Positions 59,182-64,000 of a stretch of DNA of 64,000 nucleotides are shown piece by piece; position 1 is the stretch's first letter, and the number at the start of each line of letters is the position of its first letter. Origin of the DNA: Nitrospirota bacterium (GTDB taxonomy: Bacteria > Nitrospirota > Thermodesulfovibrionia > Thermodesulfovibrionales > Dissulfurispiraceae); assembly GCA_021791055.1 (NCBI GenBank), contig JAJYXI010000051.1, positions 1,653 to 65,652 of the forward strand, given 5' to 3'. Under the pieces are notes generated by a model, which saw only the letters and a list, made by a program, of their open reading frames with translations, had not been told where the DNA came from and did no database searches. Made by a program: the position numbers and the translations under genes.

Positions 59182-60872
59182 TTATTCGAAACTAATAATC
59201 TCTTTTCTTTGGAATCATCCCTCGGCACGCTTAAATAAGAAAGCGATTCGCTGGCTATCTTCCTGAACACAGGTCCTGCAACTACTCCTCCGTATATCTG
59301 TCCCTTAGGCTCATGAATGACCACTATCATTGCTATCCTTGGCTTATCAGCAGGCACAAATCCTACAAATGAGCTTACATACTTTTCCTTCGAATACCTC
59401 TTTGTCTTCGGGTCTATCAACTGCGCCGTGCCTGTCTTGCCTGCAACCTGATTGCCGTCAACAGCAGCCTCCATAGCTGTGCCGCCTTCTTCCGTGACTG
59501 CCTTCAAGATTTCCCTGAAGACACTTACTGTCTTTTCAGAAAGGATTCTCCGGGTTTCAGGATTGGTTTTATGAACAACATTCCCGTCAGGAGACCTTAT
59601 CTCTGAGACTATATAAGGCTTAACAAGGAATCCTCCGTTGGCAATAGCTGAATATGCCCTCAAAACCTGAAGCGGCGTAACTGCAACCTCCTGACCTATC
59701 GAGATAGCGCCTATGGATGTCCCTGACCACTTTGCTGGAGGACGCACCCAGCCCGAAACTTCACCCGCAAGATCGATTCCTGTCTTTTCGCCGAATCCAA
59801 AGCGCTTAACATACTCGTACAATCTTTCCCTGCCCAAATTGAGCCCTATTTTTATAGTGCCTACATTTGAAGACTTCTGTATCACTTCCTTAAATGAGAG
59901 GATGCCGTGTTTGTGTGCATCCCTTATCTTTTTCCCTCCTACTTCTATATAGCCGGTGTTGCAGTCAAACTTAGTATCAGGCTTTACAATACCCTCTTCG
60001 AGCGCAGCAGTGCCAGCTATTATTTTAAAGGTTGAGCCCGGCTCATAGCAATCAGTAATTGCCCTGTTCCTCCTCTGGCTTGGCGTTGCATCAGAGGGAT
60101 TATTAACATCAAAGGTGGGTCTGTTAGCCATTGCAAGTATTTCGCCTGTATAAGGGTCTATCATTATAGCCGTTGCTGATGCAGCCCTCCAGTGTAAAAC
60201 AGCAGCGTCAAGATTTTTCTCAAGGATATACTGCAGCCCTTCATCAATGGTTAGTGATACATTATTGCCTTTTATCTCCCTGCTTAAACCGTCAGAGAGC
60301 ACATTTCCCTTTGCATCCCTGAACACATAAGCCTTGGCGCTTCTTGATGCAAGGTATTTGTCATACTTCTGCTCGACTCCCTCCAGTCCATTATTGTCAA
60401 TGTTTACAAAACCAATGACATGCGATGCAAGACTTCCTTTTGGATAATATCTCTTTATCTCGGGCGCAAAGCCAATCCCTTTGAGCCTCATATCCTTTAT
60501 ACCCTGTATATACTCTATGTTGAGCTTTCTCTCTATCCAGTTGAATCTCTTGTCGGTATTCAGCTTTGTTAAGATTACTTCCGGCTTCTGGTTGATTCTT
60601 CCAGAAAGGGCAGATGCAACCTTATCAGGCGATAATATCTCAGAAGGATCGCAATAAATTGATTCTGTATCTAAATTAATAGCCATCTCTCTGCCTCTTC
60701 TGTCGAAGATAATGCCGCGTTTGACAGGGATGATCTCCTTTCTAACCTGCTGAAACCTTGCCTTTGCCGAGAACCAGTCATGATTAAAAAGCATAATATC
60801 TACGAGACGGAAAACAACAGCAACAAAACCAAAGACAATGGCAGTGCTTAATATAATAGCCCTTTTCTTCAT
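59178..60872 (-). CDS. ftsI: Penicillin-binding protein 3 (FtsI)
   Basis: RGIIFDR, EPGSTFK (SxxK), SSN, GKTGT. Confidence 0.95.
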   Translation of the reverse strand: MKKRAIILSTAIVFGFVAVVFRLVDIMLFNHDWFSAKARFQQVRKEIIPVKRGIIFDRRGREMAINLDTESIYCDPSEILSPDKVASALSGRINQKPEVILTKLNTDKRFNWIERKLNIEYIQGIKDMRLKGIGFAPEIKRYYPKGSLASHVIGFVNIDNNGLEGVEQKYDKYLASRSAKAYVFRDAKGNVLSDGLSREIKGNNVSLTIDEGLQYILEKNLDAAVLHWRAASATAIMIDPYTGEILAMANRPTFDVNNPSDATPSQRRNRAITDCYEPGSTFKIIAGTAALEEGIVKPDTKFDCNTGYIEVGGKKIRDAHKHGILSFKEVIQKSSNVGTIKIGLNLGRERLYEYVKRFGFGEKTGIDLAGEVSGWVRPPAKWSGTSIGAISIGQEVAVTPLQVLRAYSAIANGGFLVKPYIVSEIRSPDGNVVHKTNPETRRILSEKTVSVFREILKAVTEEGGTAMEAAVDGNQVAGKTGTAQLIDPKTKRYSKEKYVSSFVGFVPADKPRIAMIVVIHEPKGQIYGGVVAGPVFRKIASESLSYLSVPRDDSKEKRLLVSNK

Positions 60873-61100
60873 ATCATCCCAGCCTACTTTTCATGTAAAA
60901 TTTTTCTATCCGTCAAGGCCCCCTTTGGACAATCAGTCCACACAGCTACCTCATAAGCGACCATGCAGCTATCATCCAGATTGCAACACCAAGGAAGATC
61001 GCTATTACAAAGTATTCCAGAAATCCTGTATCTTCATCTTCATCCAACCGGATGTTATTGTCTGCAGCTCAAGTCCTCGGCTTCATCCACTTCTCCTTCT

Positions 61101-61439
61101 TTATTTTTTATTAAATGCCGCCATGTACGACTCTTTATCCTTCGCCTTCTTCACATGCACAACCTTAACCCTGTCAGGGAACGCAAAGCCCCCATTAACA
61201 GTGCCATTATTAGCAACCTTTTCAAACCTCTCGACGGACATCAGGTTTGCCCTATCTGCTGCAAGCATTTTCATGTCCCTCATCAGCACTGTCTTCTTCT
61301 TCTCAAGGCTGCTGATGCGGTATTCAAGGGATACAAAGCTCGACCTCAGCCACACTATTGAAAAGATTGAAAACAGCAGCAATACGACAGATATCGGCTT
61401 CAGCAGATATATCAGCCTATTTTCTCTCCTGCAAATCAT
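61101..61439 (-). CDS. ftsL: FtsL-like cell division protein
   Basis: Single TM plus coiled coil, between rsmH and ftsI. Confidence 0.75.
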   Translation of the reverse strand: MICRRENRLIYLLKPISVVLLLFSIFSIVWLRSSFVSLEYRISSLEKKKTVLMRDMKMLAADRANLMSVERFEKVANNGTVNGGFAFPDRVKVVHVKKAKDKESYMAAFNKK

Positions 61440-62302
61440 ATCCTCTCAGCCCCCCTGAGCTTTGCACTCCTTGATGAAGGATTTCTTCTTATCTCGTCAA
61501 TATTGGGAATTACAGGTTTCTTTGTTAAAATCTTCAAAACGCCTCCCTTAGCACTATCTCTAATAAAATTTTTAACTATCCTGTCTTCGAGCGAATGGTA
61601 AGAAATAACACACAGCCTGCCGCCTGACTTCAGAATGCTCACAGCAGACGCGAGACCTTTTTTCAGCTCATCGAGTTCTTTATTGACTTCTATCCTCAAT
61701 GCCTGGAATGTTCTTGTTGCAGGATGGGTTTTACCCCTCCTACCACAGGCTCTCATAACAATATCCGCCAACTCATTGCATGTATTTATCGCTGCCTTTT
61801 TCCTATATTCGATAATTGCCTTTGCTATCCGTCTGGCAAACGGCTCTTCACCGTATTCCTTCAAAATCCTCGCTATCTCTTTTTCAGGGTATCTGTTCAC
61901 AACATCCCATGCTGTTAACTCCTGCGCAGTATCCATTCTCATATCGAGCCTTGCATCTGACAGAAAGCTAAATCCCCGTCCAAAATCCTTCAGCTGGAGC
62001 ATAGATACGCCGAGGTCAAACAACACGCCGTCAACCTCTTTTATATTTAAAGATAAGAGCACATCGCCTACCTGAGAAAAGGCCCCTTTTCTCAGGGAAA
62101 CCCTGTCATTGCCGAGTCTTTCGCCGGCATATCCGAGGGCATCCTCGTCCCTGTCTATTCCGATCAGCCTGCCACCGGTGCCGAGCATAGAAAGCACCGC
62201 TGCTGCATGCCCTCCAAGGCCGACCGTGGCATCCACATATATCCCATTTGCCTTTACATCAAGCATTTCAATTGTCTCCTTCACCAGAACCGGAATATGC
62301 AT
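61436..62302 (-). CDS. rsmH: 16S rRNA m4C1402 methyltransferase
   Basis: [40 protein letters not shown]. Confidence 0.97.
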   Translation of the reverse strand: MHIPVLVKETIEMLDVKANGIYVDATVGLGGHAAAVLSMLGTGGRLIGIDRDEDALGYAGERLGNDRVSLRKGAFSQVGDVLLSLNIKEVDGVLFDLGVSMLQLKDFGRGFSFLSDARLDMRMDTAQELTAWDVVNRYPEKEIARILKEYGEEPFARRIAKAIIEYRKKAAINTCNELADIVMRACGRRGKTHPATRTFQALRIEVNKELDELKKGLASAVSILKSGGRLCVISYHSLEDRIVKNFIRDSAKGGVLKILTKKPVIPNIDEIRRNPSSRSAKLRGAERI

Positions 62303-62481
62303 TAAAACTCACCGGCATAAACCTCGCCCACCTCGTTGAATACATTATGGTTGTATAGCGAGAATGGGTCTATATGAGTCTTTATCCTGTTGATTATCTC
62401 CTCAATGTCTTTTTCGTTTCCCCACTTTTCATAAAACGGCGATGCCTTTATTGCGTCCTTTACTTCCTCTACTGTCAACAT
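62302..62481 (-). CDS. 59-aa hypothetical protein between mraZ and rsmH
   Basis: AAGGAGG RBS before [13 protein letters not shown] overlap with rsmH. Confidence 0.6.
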   Translation of the reverse strand: MLTVEEVKDAIKASPFYEKWGNEKDIEEIINRIKTHIDPFSLYNHNVFNEVGEVYAGEF

Positions 62482-62554
62482 AACACTTCCTCCTTTCTTA
62501 AACGGAGCCAGAACCCAGAGTGCCTCTCTCTGCATTCTGCTTTTTGTGCTCTGC

Positions 62555-63010
62555 CTACAGTCCATAACCTGCGAGTACTGATTCGTACGCCTTTGCATCA
62601 ACCTTCTTAGGGTCGGTCACCTCATTCCATGACGACTTATCCCATATCTCAATCTTGTCGAGCTGTCCGACCATAACTACTTCTGTGTTTATTCCTGCAT
62701 CCTGCCTATGCTCATAAGGGATCAGAATCCTTCCCTGTTTGTCCATCTCGCACTCAATCGCAGATGCGATAACACGCCTCAGAAAATATTTCACAGCCTC
62801 TTCCATTTTGGGCATTGACCTTATCTTTTCCTCAAGCTTGTTCCATTCTTCGAGAGGATATATATGCAAACACTTGTCAAAAGCGGCATTTGTGATATAT
62901 AGTTTTGAATTATTGTATTTTTTAAAAATTATGTCGCGCAGAGGAGCAGGGATTATGATTCTACCCTTGGGGTCCAAGTTGTAATAATATTTGCCCAAAA
63001 ACGAGGTCAT
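62555..63010 (-). CDS. mraZ: Transcriptional regulator MraZ
   Basis: LDPKGRIIIPA, MDKQGRILIP, IEIWD; start probably MTSFLG. Confidence 0.95.
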   Translation of the reverse strand: MTSFLGKYYYNLDPKGRIIIPAPLRDIIFKKYNNSKLYITNAAFDKCLHIYPLEEWNKLEEKIRSMPKMEEAVKYFLRRVIASAIECEMDKQGRILIPYEHRQDAGINTEVVMVGQLDKIEIWDKSSWNEVTDPKKVDAKAYESVLAGYGL

Positions 63011-63021
63011 TCCCTTTTCCT

Positions 63022-63045
63022 CCACTTTATACCACTTTTTACCAC
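63022..63045 (-). promoter_or_regulatory. MraZ-binding boxes (GTGG repeats at 10-bp period)
   Basis: Minus strand gtggtaaaaa gtggtataaa gtgg immediately upstream of mraZ. Confidence 0.85.
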
Positions 63046-63051
63046 AAGGAA

Positions 63052-63081
63052 ATGATATTTGGAAAAAATATGTGTTGTCAA
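63052..63081 (-). promoter_or_regulatory. sigma70 promoter of the dcw operon
   Basis: TTGACA-N18-TATCAT just upstream of the MraZ boxes. Confidence 0.7.
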
Positions 63082-63174
63082 GAAAAAAATGCATCTTTTG
63101 CAGAGATTTCCATATTATGTAGTGTTCTTTTAGACAAGATACTATATATAGGGCAATTATGACTGGGGAGTGAG

Positions 63175-64000
63175 ATGTTTTCGGATGAATTAGAGAGATT
63201 GCGGCAGGAAAATCTGTTAAGGCGTGTATGTGACAGGGATTTAGAAGCCACTACTGCCAGAATATTAATAAACGGGGCTGAATACATAAACTTCTCATCA
63301 AACGACTACCTTGGGCTTGCAAGCCACCCATCCATTACAGAGGCTGCAAAAAGAGCCATAGATGGATACGGATTAGGTTCAGGCGCATCAAGGCTTTTAT
63401 CAGGCGGAACCGAATTGCACGGAAAATTAGAAAGAATGGCGGCTGAATTCAAGGGTACAGAGGCTGCATTGGTTTTCAACTCAGGATATACGGCAAATAT
63501 AAGCGCTATTCCTTCCATTGCAGGGGCCATTGCAGGGAAAGGCGATGTTATTTTCAGCGATGAATTCAACCATGCAAGCATAATTGACGGGTGCAGGCTC
63601 AGCAAGGCAAAGAAGGTTATTTACAGACATAGGGACACATCTCATCTGTCGGAATTAATTAAAAAAGAAGAAGGAAAAAGAAAAATAGTCATCACCGACA
63701 CTGTATTCAGCATGGACGGCGATATTGCACCATTAAAGGAGATCTCTGACATTTGCCGCGAACATAATGCAATCGTTTACATAGACGATGCCCACGGAAC
63801 AGGCGTATTAGGAGATGGCAGGGGTGCACTTGAGCATTTTGGCATAAAACCAGAGCCGTGGCCAAATGCTCAAATAATCCAGATGGGTACATTCTCAAAG
63901 GCGCTCGGCTCCTACGGCGCATACATAGCTGCTGATAGGGATGTCATAGAATGGCTTATAAATACAGCAAGGGGATTTATTTATTCAACAGCCCTGCCCG
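63175..64000 (+). CDS. bioF: 8-amino-7-oxononanoate synthase, 5' part, truncated by window end
   Basis: Read manually: MFSDELERLRQENLLR..FSSNDYLGL..GASRLLSG..SGYTAN..NHASIIDG..DDAHG..GTFSKA. Confidence 0.9.
   Translation, partial: MFSDELERLRQENLLRRVCDRDLEATTARILINGAEYINFSSNDYLGLASHPSITEAAKRAIDGYGLGSGASRLLSGGTELHGKLERMAAEFKGTEAALVFNSGYTANISAIPSIAGAIAGKGDVIFSDEFNHASIIDGCRLSKAKKVIYRHRDTSHLSELIKKEEGKRKIVITDTVFSMDGDIAPLKEISDICREHNAIVYIDDAHGTGVLGDGRGALEHFGIKPEPWPNAQIIQMGTFSKALGSYGAYIAADRDVIEWLINTARGFIYSTALP

Noticed and set aside
61069..61071. Selenocysteine recoding of the in-frame UGA
   Set aside because: No redox motif context and no evident SECIS hairpin immediately downstream.
60838..61458. 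Long antisense ORFs in the ORF track (e.g. 60838-61458, 44582-45115, 33567-34049)
   Set aside because: Shadow frames opposite well-supported genes, with no recognisable motifs.

Overview
Bacterial chromosomal window. Gene content and protein style suggest Nitrospirota (Thermodesulfovibrionia-like); this is inference only. The housekeeping backbone is priA(3')/ribF/coaE/mutS, rnr, ilvC-psd-pssA-leuA, leuC, a complete dcw cluster (mraZ to ftsZ) with MraZ boxes, and the 5' part of bioF. Accessory parts: (i) an AT-rich type II RM island with one N4-cytosine-type MTase and two paralogous TdeIII-like endonucleases, lying between a STAS/GHKL-ATPase gene and a STAS/wHTH gene; (ii) a putative ceramide (sphingolipid) locus, cerR-like SDR, spt and two tandem bCerS-like GNATs, with a RAYT/Y1 transposase carrying 21-bp inverted repeats between the two GNAT copies; (iii) a multiheme cytochrome c; (iv) a dynamin-like GTPase; (v) a TPR/GIY-YIG-like islet; (vi) an internally deleted Fic gene with a convergent SxxxEG antitoxin-like ORF inside the dcw cluster. 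The most striking signal is sub-genic. Many conserved genes (ribF, mutS, fabF, psd, murB/D/E/F/G, a dac gene, a radical SAM gene, the cytochrome) carry in-frame insertions of two kinds: 7-nt tandem arrays, several shared between distant genes, and ~45-bp C/G-run palindromes. These look like very small dispersed elements that are translated into protein loops.
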